NCBI GenBank assembly: GCA_903913645.1
Contig: CAIWMA010000009.1
Coordinates: forward strand, 319 to 64,318
Direction: 5' to 3'
DNA length: 64,000 bases
From: an uncultured Bacteroidales bacterium
GTDB taxonomy: Bacteria; Bacteroidota; Bacteroidia; Bacteroidales; UBA4417
Numbering within the stretch: position 1 is the stretch's first letter; the number at the start of each line of letters is the position of its first letter. The notes beneath the pieces are model-generated. The model ran no database searches and was not told the origin of the DNA. It saw only the letters and a program-made list of their open reading frames with translations. Below, piece after piece: positions 20,949 to 29,793 of the stretch. The position numbers and the translations under genes were made by a program.

Positions 20949-20981
20949 GCACGGCTTTTCGGAAAGATTGCCGTGTTTTTT
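20949..20981 (+). terminator. Rho-independent terminator after the permease gene
   Basis: cacggc (20950-20955) pairs with gccgtg (20970-20975), followed by a T6 run. Confidence 0.65.
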
Positions 20982-21105
20982 AGTTCAGGTAAAATAAAAA
21001 CGGGTAATTTCTGTTCCTATTAACAAAGTACTGTTTAAAAGTACATGCAAATTTTCCGGATGATGTCTTTAACAGTGGTACCTTTATACTGAAATCGTTT
21101 TATTT

Positions 21106-21858
21106 ATGATTAACGGAGTAATTCTTCAGATTGTGCAGGCAACAGGAGTTTCGGCTGATACCATAAAAGCTGCAGCAGATGCAGTTAAACCGGTTCTAGC
21201 AGCTCTGCCAAACCCGTTGAAGCACGCAGAAATAACCCTTTCATTCTGGGACCTGACCTTAAAAGGTGGCCCGGTAATGATTCCAATTGCTTTGCTCTCC
21301 ATACTAGGGATATACATATTTATCGAAAGATTCATGATTATCAGACGGGCATCGATGGAGGATTCGAATTTCATGGATCATATCCGCGATTTTATGCATG
21401 AAGGCCGTATGGATTCAGCCTTATCGTTATGCCGCAACAATAATACTCCCATTGCACGGATGATAGAGAAAGGAATTCACCGACTTGGAAGGCCGCTGGG
21501 TGATATAAATGCTGCCATCGAAAATGTAGGCAATCTCGAAGTTGCCAAACTGGAAAAGAATATTGCTCTCCTGGCAACCGTTGCAGGCGGGGCACCCATG
21601 CTGGGATTCCTGGGCACGGTAACAGGATTAGTAAAAGCTTTCTACGATATGTCGGTGGCTGGCAACAATATCGACATTCAATTACTTTCCGGTGGTATTT
21701 ACCAGGCAATGGTTACTACGGTTGCCGGCCTGATTGTCGGAATTATCGCTTACTTCTGTTACAATATACTAGTAGCAAAGATTCAGAAAGTTGTTTACAT
21801 GTTGCAGTTCAGGGCATCCGAGTTTATGGACCTGCTTCATGAGCCGAACAAGCAATAA
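21106..21858 (+). CDS. exbB: MotA/TolQ/ExbB proton-channel family protein
   Basis: 250 aa with three TM segments. Conserved C-terminal region LATVAGGAPMLGFLGTVTGL...YQAMVTTVAGL. Followed by exbD and tonB. Confidence 0.88.
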   Translation: MINGVILQIVQATGVSADTIKAAADAVKPVLAALPNPLKHAEITLSFWDLTLKGGPVMIPIALLSILGIYIFIERFMIIRRASMEDSNFMDHIRDFMHEGRMDSALSLCRNNNTPIARMIEKGIHRLGRPLGDINAAIENVGNLEVAKLEKNIALLATVAGGAPMLGFLGTVTGLVKAFYDMSVAGNNIDIQLLSGGIYQAMVTTVAGLIVGIIAYFCYNILVAKIQKVVYMLQFRASEFMDLLHEPNKQ

Positions 21859-21896
21859 ACTATTTCACAAAATACAACACGTTAAACATTAAATGA

Positions 21897-22310
21897 ATGG
21901 CTATTAAGTCACACAATAAAATAAGTGCAGAATTCAGCATGGCTTCCATGTCGAACCTGGTATTTCTGCTGCTGATCTTCTTTGTGCTTACATCTACAAT
22001 TATAGCCCCGAATGCTATTAAATTGTTATTGCCATCAGGCACAGGCCAAACTATTTCGAAGCAATCTACTTTTGTATATATCAACAATCAAAACCAGTTT
22101 TTTGTAAACAAAACGCCTGCTAGTATCTTGAATTTGCAGCAGCTACTTTCACAATCACTCATAGGGCAAACGGAAGGGGTAATAGTTCTTCAGATCGACC
22201 GAAATGTTCCTATGCAATCATTTGTATCAGTAATTGATGTTGTAAACGAGATGAATAAAGTGATGAAAACCAAGCATAAAGTAATACTCGCCACCACTCC
22301 TAAAGAGTAG
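21897..22310 (+). CDS. exbD: biopolymer transport protein ExbD/TolR
   Basis: 137 aa. Single N-terminal TM segment with SNLVFLLLIFFVLTS and a periplasmic ExbD-like domain. Confidence 0.85.
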   Translation: MAIKSHNKISAEFSMASMSNLVFLLLIFFVLTSTIIAPNAIKLLLPSGTGQTISKQSTFVYINNQNQFFVNKTPASILNLQQLLSQSLIGQTEGVIVLQIDRNVPMQSFVSVIDVVNEMNKVMKTKHKVILATTPKE

Positions 22311-22353
22311 TTTATCTCTCAGTCTCTCAAACCCTAATCCCTAATACCGCCGG

Positions 22354-23142
22354 ATGCTATCAAACAATGAGCAAAATGAACGCAAATCGCGGATTGCAGC
22401 TCTTTCCGGAACTATATTGGTCCATGCAATATTGCTGAGTGTACTGCTGTTACTGGCTTTTCATACGGATATGCCCCTTCCCCCGGAAGAAGGTGTTGAA
22501 ATAAATACTGAGTATAATGGAATTGAAACAAGTAACCCCCTGCCTGAAGCGCTTCAACCGGCACTAAATGATGGACCAAAGACGGATCAGGAAAAAGCAG
22601 ATGAAAACAGGGATTCTGAATTGGGAGAGGAAACACCAGTTGTTAAAAAGAAGAATACAGATAAACCCACTTCTTTAAAAAGTAAGATTTCAATTGTTGA
22701 AACTCCGGATCAATCAACTCTGATCAATAAAATGCCTGGTACGGGTAAAAACTCTAAAACAGTAACATACGTGAACCAGGGAATTACGGAAGTCCCCAAT
22801 CACCTAGGAAAGCAAAATGAGACAAAATCACAGTCAGCCAAAGAAAACAGTTTAGAAAAAGGAAATGGTATTTCGTTTGACTTAGGCGGTCGAGGAACAC
22901 GGATCCTGCCTAAGCCATCCTTCAATTCATTGGAAGACGGTAAAATTGTAGTTTCTGTGAAAGTCAACAACGAAGGAAATGTAATAGCGGCCACAGCCGG
23001 GGCAAAAGGAACCACCATCACAGATCCCAAGCTGCGAAAGCAAGCTGAAAATGCTGCCTCAATGACACTGTTTGCGCAAGATGCCAATGCTCCCGAACAA
23101 CAACGGGGAACCATAACCTATAGTATTGTCAAACAGAAGTAG
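22354..23142 (+). CDS. tonB: energy transducer TonB-like protein
   Basis: 262 aa. N-terminal TM anchor, Pro/Glu/Lys-rich linker, and a C-terminal TonB_C-like domain (GKIVVSVKVNNEGNV...TITY). Confidence 0.75.
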   Translation: MLSNNEQNERKSRIAALSGTILVHAILLSVLLLLAFHTDMPLPPEEGVEINTEYNGIETSNPLPEALQPALNDGPKTDQEKADENRDSELGEETPVVKKKNTDKPTSLKSKISIVETPDQSTLINKMPGTGKNSKTVTYVNQGITEVPNHLGKQNETKSQSAKENSLEKGNGISFDLGGRGTRILPKPSFNSLEDGKIVVSVKVNNEGNVIAATAGAKGTTITDPKLRKQAENAASMTLFAQDANAPEQQRGTITYSIVKQK

Positions 23143-23438
23143 GGAAAAAGTAAAAAGGCAGTAATTGAAAGCGAAATGATGAAAGAATGGGAATATCACC
23201 AGGCAATCAAATCCAGAAATTCTATCGCTATTAGTTTGCCCATACTTTGTTTGTCGGTAACAGGAATTCACATTTTATTTACTCATCAGAAAGCGGTATT
23301 TTTGCATTTCCCGATGCACAGCAGGAATTCAGGAAAACAAACCACAATCCATTTTCGATAAATTGCGTATCAACTTTTCTGGAAATTTACTTTTCAGCAT
23401 CTTTGGATACTTAAAATTCTTATTCTCAAAAACCTGAA

Positions 23439-24578
23439 ATGAAAAATTTGACCAGAACCCTTTTCACAATTGTGCTGACACTCTCCATGTATTGTGCACA
23501 GAGCCAGAATTTCTATGAGAGTTACCTGCCGGTGAATTTTGAATCGGCAGATTCAGGAACTTTCAATGTGCATTTTTACAACAACAACTTCGTTAAAAAC
23601 AATGAGTATTTCGGACCGTATACCGAAGGAATCACCTATATCGGATCGATAGTTCAACCTGAAGTGAGCTGGGCAATCAGCAGTAAATTCAGCCTGAGTG
23701 CCGGCTGGTATCTGCGGTATTTTTATGGAAAGGAGAATGTTGAGAAATCTTTGCCTGTTATCAGGGCCAGGTACACTTTTACCCCTGGTGCCCAGGTTAT
23801 AATCGGGCAACTGGACGGGCAACTGCAACACGAATACATCGAACCCATTTACAGCACTGATAATTATTTTAGCATTAATCCCGAATACGGAGTTCAGTTC
23901 AAAGTTGACAGAAAGAAATTCCATACCGATTTTTTTATCGACTGGGAACATTTCCTGATGCCCGGCGATGCAAACCAGGAAGAAATAGGCGGCGGTCTTC
24001 TGGCATCATATTCATTTAATGACCGAGCCGAAAAACGAGGCTTAAGTATTGACTTCCAAAGTATTATACATCATTTTGGAGGCCAGGTCGATGCTTCGGA
24101 AAGTCCGATTCAAACACGCACCAATGTTGCCGGCGGGTTGGAATATGCTTTTGTGCCGGGGCTGAAGATGCTTACTAGAATAACGCTTTCCTCATATTAC
24201 ATTCGGGCAATGGAACTATCCAATACCAATACAATTCCATTCAAATGGGGTTATGCTACCCATAATACAGTTGCTTTTGAAAATAAATGGATCAAACTTT
24301 CAACCGGTTGGTTTCATGGTTATCAGTATTTTGCACCCAAGGCCGATTACCTTTTTCAGTCCGTTTCGCAGTTGAGCAACTATCACACAAATGAAGGCAG
24401 AGATCTGATCACTTCAAAATTCCTTTTCGGGAATGAGATCACGAAAGGGGTTAATTTAAGCGTACGATTTGAATCATACTACGATTTGCAACGAAAATGG
24501 AATGATTTCAGCTATGGCTTGAATATCAGTGTTAACGAAAAGGTTTTTGAGAGGAAACCGAAGAGTACGAGGAATTAA
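23439..24578 (+). CDS. hypothetical secreted protein, probable outer-membrane beta-barrel
   Basis: 379 aa. Signal peptide ending CAQSQ and an alternating aromatic/polar beta-strand pattern. I recognise no family. Confidence 0.6.
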   Translation: MKNLTRTLFTIVLTLSMYCAQSQNFYESYLPVNFESADSGTFNVHFYNNNFVKNNEYFGPYTEGITYIGSIVQPEVSWAISSKFSLSAGWYLRYFYGKENVEKSLPVIRARYTFTPGAQVIIGQLDGQLQHEYIEPIYSTDNYFSINPEYGVQFKVDRKKFHTDFFIDWEHFLMPGDANQEEIGGGLLASYSFNDRAEKRGLSIDFQSIIHHFGGQVDASESPIQTRTNVAGGLEYAFVPGLKMLTRITLSSYYIRAMELSNTNTIPFKWGYATHNTVAFENKWIKLSTGWFHGYQYFAPKADYLFQSVSQLSNYHTNEGRDLITSKFLFGNEITKGVNLSVRFESYYDLQRKWNDFSYGLNISVNEKVFERKPKSTRN

Positions 24579-24583
24579 ATTGA

Positions 24584-24617
24584 ATCAGAGTATCAGTATT
24601 TCAGGTTTCAGGTTTCC
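24584..24617 (+). repeat. short GTTTCAG-type simple-sequence tract
   Basis: atcagagtatcagtatttcaggtttcaggtttcc lies in the spacer upstream of folC. It uses the same word as the longer tract at 43587-43651. Confidence 0.5.
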
Positions 24618-24675
24618 TAATATCTGAAAATTGTCCATTTTGAACTTTGAACGCGAAGCATATGAACATTAAAAG

Positions 24676-25971
24676 ATGAATTATAATCAAAACTTAGCCT
24701 ACTTATTCCAGCAGCTACCTATGTTTCATCGTATAGGAGCTGCGGCTTATAAGGCTGATCTCAGTAATACCAAAGCACTTTGTAAAATCCTTGGTAATCC
24801 TGAAAATAAATTTAAAAGCATTCATATCGCAGGTACTAACGGGAAAGGATCAACATCCCACTTTTTATCTTCTGTTTTGCAGGAATCCGGATTCAAAACC
24901 GGCCTTTTCACTTCCCCTCACCTGAAAGATTTCCGCGAGCGCATCAAAATCAATGGGAAAATGATCAGCAAAAAAGACGTTTCTTCTTTTGTTGATCAGC
25001 ACCATGACGATTTCCAAAGTATCCAGCCTTCCTTTTTCGAATGGACTTTTGCACTTGCTGCCTGGTATTTCGCCAAAGAAAATGTCGACATTGCCATAAT
25101 CGAAACAGGCATGGGCGGACGACTGGATTCGACTAATGTAATAACTCCGGTTGTTTCAGTTATTACGAATATAGGGCTTGATCATACACAGTTTCTGGGC
25201 ACAACGTTAAATGCAATTGCCGGCGAAAAAGCCGGGATTATCAAACGAGGAATCCCTGTTGTAATAGGCGAAACGGATTTTGAAACAGCGCCTGTTTTCA
25301 AAGAATACAGTAAGAAAAACCATTCGGAAATTACTTTTGCAGATGAGCAAATCAAACTAAAAAAATCTGCTGTCACCAGGCACAGCCCGTCACTTTTGAA
25401 AGCTGAATATAAATCATCGGTAACGGCAAACTCATACATGCTACTTTCTCCGCTTTCAGGGAAATACCAGTTAAAAAACCTGGCGACCACGCTCTGCACA
25501 ATAGAAAAAATACAGCAGGCCGGCTTCAAAATCGGCCAGGAAAATATAGTGCTTGGAATCCGTAAAGTAGTGAAAAATACTGGGCTGATGGGGCGTTGGC
25601 AAACTATTTCACGAATTCCGCTTACCATAGCCGATATTGGCCACAATCCGGATGGAATCAACGAAGTACTTGAACAAATAGCAATTACGCCTCACCGTAA
25701 ACTTCATTTTGTAATTGGCACGGTGAATGATAAGGATGTTAAAACCATGCTGAGCAAACTGCCTGAAGTTGCACGCTATTATTTCTGCAAGGCTGATATA
25801 CCTCGAGGATTAGATGCCGGAGAACTGGCTCAGCTGGCGAATACGTACTCTTTGAAAGGGGTTGCATATGGAAGTGTAAAAGAAGCACTTAACGCAGCCA
25901 CGATTGCTGCCGGGCCCAATGATCTTATATTGGTTGGAGGAAGCACTTTTGTAGTTGCTGAAGTGGTGTAA
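24676..25971 (+). CDS. folC: bifunctional folylpolyglutamate synthase / dihydrofolate synthase
   Basis: 431 aa. P-loop HIAGTNGKGST and the Mur-ligase-family middle and C-terminal domains. Confidence 0.9.
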   Translation: MNYNQNLAYLFQQLPMFHRIGAAAYKADLSNTKALCKILGNPENKFKSIHIAGTNGKGSTSHFLSSVLQESGFKTGLFTSPHLKDFRERIKINGKMISKKDVSSFVDQHHDDFQSIQPSFFEWTFALAAWYFAKENVDIAIIETGMGGRLDSTNVITPVVSVITNIGLDHTQFLGTTLNAIAGEKAGIIKRGIPVVIGETDFETAPVFKEYSKKNHSEITFADEQIKLKKSAVTRHSPSLLKAEYKSSVTANSYMLLSPLSGKYQLKNLATTLCTIEKIQQAGFKIGQENIVLGIRKVVKNTGLMGRWQTISRIPLTIADIGHNPDGINEVLEQIAITPHRKLHFVIGTVNDKDVKTMLSKLPEVARYYFCKADIPRGLDAGELAQLANTYSLKGVAYGSVKEALNAATIAAGPNDLILVGGSTFVVAEVV

Positions 25972-26014
25972 AAAAGTGAAAAATTAAAAGTGAAAAGTGA
26001 AAAATACTGAAAGC
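25972..26014 (+). repeat. post-stop simple-sequence element (GTGAAAAG family)
   Basis: aaaagtgaaaaattaaaagtgaaaagtgaaaaatactgaaag begins at the first base after the folC stop codon. Confidence 0.7.
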
Positions 26015-26100
26015 TGAATTTAAGTAGAAAGCTCGATGCTAATAGGCAATACGCTACCGTAGTTCATATCTTTTCTATAAAAACATAAAAAATCATCCCA

Positions 26101-27003
26101 ATGAAAAAATCAAAATTGAATATCGCAACAATTTCTACATTGACAGTTTTTGCCATTTTCAGCCTTATCAATTGTTCTGGGTCGAAGAAACTGTTTGTGG
26201 CCACGGATCTCACAAAAGAGAATCTTTTTTCCACCAATATCGAAGGTCCTGCTTTTGATAAAAACGGGCAGTTGTACGTAGTAAATTATCAGCACGACGG
26301 CACTATAGGGAAAGTGGCTTCTGATGGAATATGCTCCATGTTTATAGAACTTCCGAAAGGGAGCATTGCCAACTGCATTTTGTTTGACAAAACAGACAAT
26401 ATGTTTCTTCCCGATTTTACCGGGCACAATATTCTACATGTGGATATGCAAACTCAAAAAGTGAGCGTATTCTGCCACGAGCCGCGCATGTATTCACCAA
26501 ACGATCTCTGCATGAACCGAAACGGACAGATTTTTGCCAGCGATCCCGATTGGAAAACGAGTGTTGGCCAGCTATGGCGCATAGATACTGATGCTAAACC
26601 GGTTTTGCTGGAACCAAATATGGGAACTACCAATGGCATTGAACTGAGCCCGGATGAAAAAACGCTCTATGTGAATGAAAGCATTCAACTCAACGTTTGG
26701 AAATATAAGGTTGACGAGGCCGGTAATATTTCCGGGAAAACCCTCTTTTATAAATTTACTGATTTTGGACTTGATGGAATGAAATGTGACAAAAAAGGAA
26801 ACCTTTACATTATGCGCTGGGGAAAAGGAACTATCGTAGTTTTATCTCCGCAGGGAAAACTTATAAGGGAAATACCACTAAAAGGGAAACAATGCAGCAA
26901 TATTGTTTTTGGTGGCAAGGATGGCAAAACCATGTTCGTTACCCTACAGGACCGGAAATGTATGGAGAAAGTGGAAAACGATATTCCGGGAAAGAAGTAT
27001 TAA
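26101..27003 (+). CDS. SMP-30/gluconolactonase/LRE family lipoprotein
   Basis: 300 aa. Lipobox LINCSG and six-bladed-propeller-type repeats (PNDLCMNRNGQIF, TNGIELSPDEKTLYV, DGMKCDKKGNLY). Confidence 0.75.
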   Translation: MKKSKLNIATISTLTVFAIFSLINCSGSKKLFVATDLTKENLFSTNIEGPAFDKNGQLYVVNYQHDGTIGKVASDGICSMFIELPKGSIANCILFDKTDNMFLPDFTGHNILHVDMQTQKVSVFCHEPRMYSPNDLCMNRNGQIFASDPDWKTSVGQLWRIDTDAKPVLLEPNMGTTNGIELSPDEKTLYVNESIQLNVWKYKVDEAGNISGKTLFYKFTDFGLDGMKCDKKGNLYIMRWGKGTIVVLSPQGKLIREIPLKGKQCSNIVFGGKDGKTMFVTLQDRKCMEKVENDIPGKKY

Positions 27004-27127
27004 AAAAGTTAATAATGAAAAGTGAAAAGAGAATAGTATATTGTATTATAATACGTTGAAACACAAATCAGGCTTTACAAATCCACAATCAGAAATCAAA
27101 AATCCAGAAACCAAAACTTTCCTACCA

Positions 27128-27508
27128 ATGAACATATACTCCATGATTGGCGCGAGCATTGTAATATTTGCATTGCTTTCGTACAGTCTTTCGATAGTAA
27201 CCGAACAGCGAAAAAAACTGGTAACGCCTTTTGTTCTCAGGTTTCTGTCAATTGGACTGGTTCTCGATGTAACCGCTACTATATTTATGATAATCGGCTC
27301 TACAAAATCTCCATTCTCGTTGCATGGAATTCTCGGATATTCGTCTCTGGCAGCAATGCTTTTGGATACAATCCTGATCTGGAGGTTTAATCTGGCAAAT
27401 CAACTTGGCACCAAGGTACCTGATAGGTTACATCTGTATTCCAGGTATGCTTACACCTGGTGGGTAATTGCATTCATAACCGGCTTGATGCTGGTCGTTT
27501 TCCGGTAA
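27128..27508 (+). CDS. small integral membrane protein (4 TM), unknown function
   Basis: Hydrophobic segments run from MNIYSMIGASIV onward. The track's TTG start at 27041 would translate a low-complexity spacer, so ATG 27128 is preferred. Confidence 0.6.
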   Translation: MNIYSMIGASIVIFALLSYSLSIVTEQRKKLVTPFVLRFLSIGLVLDVTATIFMIIGSTKSPFSLHGILGYSSLAAMLLDTILIWRFNLANQLGTKVPDRLHLYSRYAYTWWVIAFITGLMLVVFR

Positions 27509-27601
27509 GAAAGAATAAAAACGATTTGTTCCAATCCTTTTCTGCCACGGTTTTCCCCTAAATACAAAGCCTCTGCAGGTAAAAGAAATGAGAGGTTAGA
27601 T

Positions 27602-27805
27602 TTATCCTCCTGAAATGAGGTGCAGCACCATTACATCATCACCATTTTTCACAAGTACTGAATCATACTCAGTCTTTTTTACAATTTGATTATTTACTTT
27701 AATGACCAGCATTTTAAAAGTAAAATTCTTCGCCTGCAATAATTCATTAATGGTGAGCTGATCACCTTCAAATGCTTCTTCTTTATTATTGAGAATGATT
27801 TTCAT
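27602..27805 (-). CDS. thiS: sulfur carrier protein ThiS (ubiquitin-like, C-terminal GG)
   Basis: 67 aa of beta-grasp size, ending ...VLHLISGG. The start lies 3 nt after the thiF stop. Confidence 0.8.
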   Translation of the reverse strand: MKIILNNKEEAFEGDQLTINELLQAKNFTFKMLVIKVNNQIVKKTEYDSVLVKNGDDVMVLHLISGG

Positions 27806-27808
27806 TAG

Positions 27809-28417
27809 CTAATTTTCAGTGTGAATCTGGTATTCGTTTGTACCCAGAAGAATTTCGAGTACGGCATTGGCCTGCATATTGGCAACAATCCCAACGCGTG
27901 GCGCAAGTGGTGGACAATCGTCGGCAATGGCATTTATCTCATCGCCACAGATAATCAGTTTATCCGATTGCCGCGATTTTATCAGGTTATTATCGCCCCA
28001 TCCGGCCATGCCAACACCCATCACCAGGAATTTTTCCGGCAGGTAATGATGAACGGCATCCAAAATCATATATTTCATTTCTGGTTTATCAAATGCTTCT
28101 ACAATAACATCGCATTTACCGTATATCTCAATAATGTCGCTCTGGCACAAACGGATATCGAATGTATTAACACGTACATCAGGGTTAATTCGAAACAAGT
28201 TTTGCTTTAGTGCGGCCACTTTTAACATTCCTATCTGATCGTAAAAATAAAACTGACGGTTCAGGTTGCCTTCCTGCACCAGGTCGAAATCGGCAACAAC
28301 CAACCGCCCTACTCCTACCCTGGCCAACGCTACAGCACAATTCGATCCTAATCCGCCACAGCCGGCAATTCCAACTGTCTTGGTTTTCAAAATCTGCTTT
28401 ATATGCTCAAATGTCAT
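27809..28417 (-). CDS. thiF: ThiF-family (E1-like) ThiS adenylyltransferase, short form
   Basis: 202 aa. Rossmann nucleotide motif GCGGLGSNCAVALARVGVGRLVVADFD and NLNRQ. Confidence 0.8.
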   Translation of the reverse strand: MTFEHIKQILKTKTVGIAGCGGLGSNCAVALARVGVGRLVVADFDLVQEGNLNRQFYFYDQIGMLKVAALKQNLFRINPDVRVNTFDIRLCQSDIIEIYGKCDVIVEAFDKPEMKYMILDAVHHYLPEKFLVMGVGMAGWGDNNLIKSRQSDKLIICGDEINAIADDCPPLAPRVGIVANMQANAVLEILLGTNEYQIHTEN

Positions 28418-28581
28418 AGGACAAACTTATATAAAAAACCCAATATTAGCGGTGTTTTTCCTGAAAACAAATGAACAAGATTTTGATTTTCACTATCAAA
28501 ATCGATTACTCAATTGTTTATCAGTTCAATACAAAAAGAAGAAATGTAAACCGGCAGTAAAACCTTTCGAAGCAACAGCTA

Positions 28582-29343
28582 TTATTTCTTCCGGATGTAA
28601 ATGTGTTTAATATTGTTTTTGCCGGAATCACGCTCGTCAATTTCAAATCTATTGATACTTCGTATCAAGGGTAATAATTTAGGAAAGCCATAATTTCTGG
28701 GGTCAAAATCAGGTTTTTTCTTTAGCATCAGGTTCCCAAGCTCTCCCAGGAAAGTCCAGCCGTTTTCATCGGCAAGGTCTGTAATGCTTACTGAGAATAG
28801 CTTTATGATCTCAGGGTCAATCTTACTTAAAGGTTCATTTTTAGCCGTAACAGTTTTTTTCGATTCTTTCCTGTTACTGCTTTCCGGCGGGCTGGCTGCT
28901 TCCGCTTTCAGTATTTCGATATATATAAACTTATCACAAGCCTTTATAAAAGGATTCAGGGTTTTCTTTTCCCCTATCCCGATAACCATCATACCAGCTT
29001 CACGAAGCCTTGTAGCCAATCGGGTAAAATCACTGTCGCTCGAAACTATACAAAATCCATCTACCTTTCCAGTATATAAAATGTCCATTGCATCAATTAT
29101 CAGCGCGCTATCCGACGAATTCTTCCCAGTGGAATAACTATACTGCTGTACAGGAGTAATTGCATTTTCCAATAGAATATTCTTCCAACCCGAAACCGTA
29201 GGCTTGGTCCAGTCCGCATATATTCTTTTAAATGTCGGAATCCCGTATTTTGCGATTTCCTCAAACATTTCTTTCACATTTGCATAAGGAACGTTATCGG
29301 CATCAATTAAAACGGCAAGTTTAAGATCTTTGGAAGTTTCCAT
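28582..29343 (-). CDS. NYN (LabA-like) nuclease-domain protein with C-terminal OST-HTH/LOTUS domain
   Basis: 253 aa. N-terminal LAVLIDADNVPY...IVSSDSDFTRLATRLRE (NYN/PIN-like acidic residues). C-terminal GWTFLGELGNLMLKKKPDFDPRNYGFPKLLPLI is typical of the LOTUS domain. Confidence 0.75.
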   Translation of the reverse strand: METSKDLKLAVLIDADNVPYANVKEMFEEIAKYGIPTFKRIYADWTKPTVSGWKNILLENAITPVQQYSYSTGKNSSDSALIIDAMDILYTGKVDGFCIVSSDSDFTRLATRLREAGMMVIGIGEKKTLNPFIKACDKFIYIEILKAEAASPPESSNRKESKKTVTAKNEPLSKIDPEIIKLFSVSITDLADENGWTFLGELGNLMLKKKPDFDPRNYGFPKLLPLIRSINRFEIDERDSGKNNIKHIYIRKK

Positions 29344-29534
29344 AATAGGCTTGGATTAAGTTTTTGGTATTCATTTATAGATTTCTACATCTAACAAAGG
29401 AATGAAACCAAATATATTGCAGGTGACAATATACCTCAAATTTACGGCTTTTCTTTGTAACTTCCACAATGCTTAATCAGACCGAAACATGTATCAGAAA
29501 AGGTATGTTTAATAAACAAATTCAGGATCTTTTT

Positions 29535-29765
29535 TTATTTCTTCGGAGTTTGGCTTGCCAGGAAGCCGATAAGAGAATAAACGGCACAAATAATCAACAG
29601 ATTAAAAACAAAATTCATCAGTGTGTCGCTCACCGAATGTGATTTGCTGTCAATGTTAATAAATGTTTTTATGGCAAAAACAACACTGCATGATGCAATT
29701 AGCCATCCAACTGCTGTGGTGGGGATAAAAAATATCCCAATTCGACGGAACCAGGGTAATTTCAT
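29535..29765 (-). CDS. small membrane protein (2 TM), unknown function
   Basis: Two hydrophobic helices. I prefer ATG 29765 (MKLPWFRR) because the track start at 29816 overlaps rlmF by 23 nt. Confidence 0.5.
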   Translation of the reverse strand: MKLPWFRRIGIFFIPTTAVGWLIASCSVVFAIKTFINIDSKSHSVSDTLMNFVFNLLIICAVYSLIGFLASQTPKK

Positions 29766-29793
29766 TTTAAAAAATATTTCGTTGATTAATCTA

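Noticed and set aside
22331-22347. CCCTAA/TTAGGG-like words as telomere-related sequence
   Set aside because: There are only two to three imperfect units per site, and the context is an ordinary bacterial chromosome. I treat them as members of the intergenic simple-sequence vocabulary, not telomeric repeats.
25182-25661. 159-aa antisense ORF inside folC
   Set aside because: It is nested antisense in a confidently identified gene and shows no family features.
28418-28581. TPP riboswitch upstream of thiF
   Set aside because: I read both strands and could not find the conserved CUGAGA and ACCUGAUC...GGAUAAUGC blocks. The spacer is AT-rich without the expected helices.
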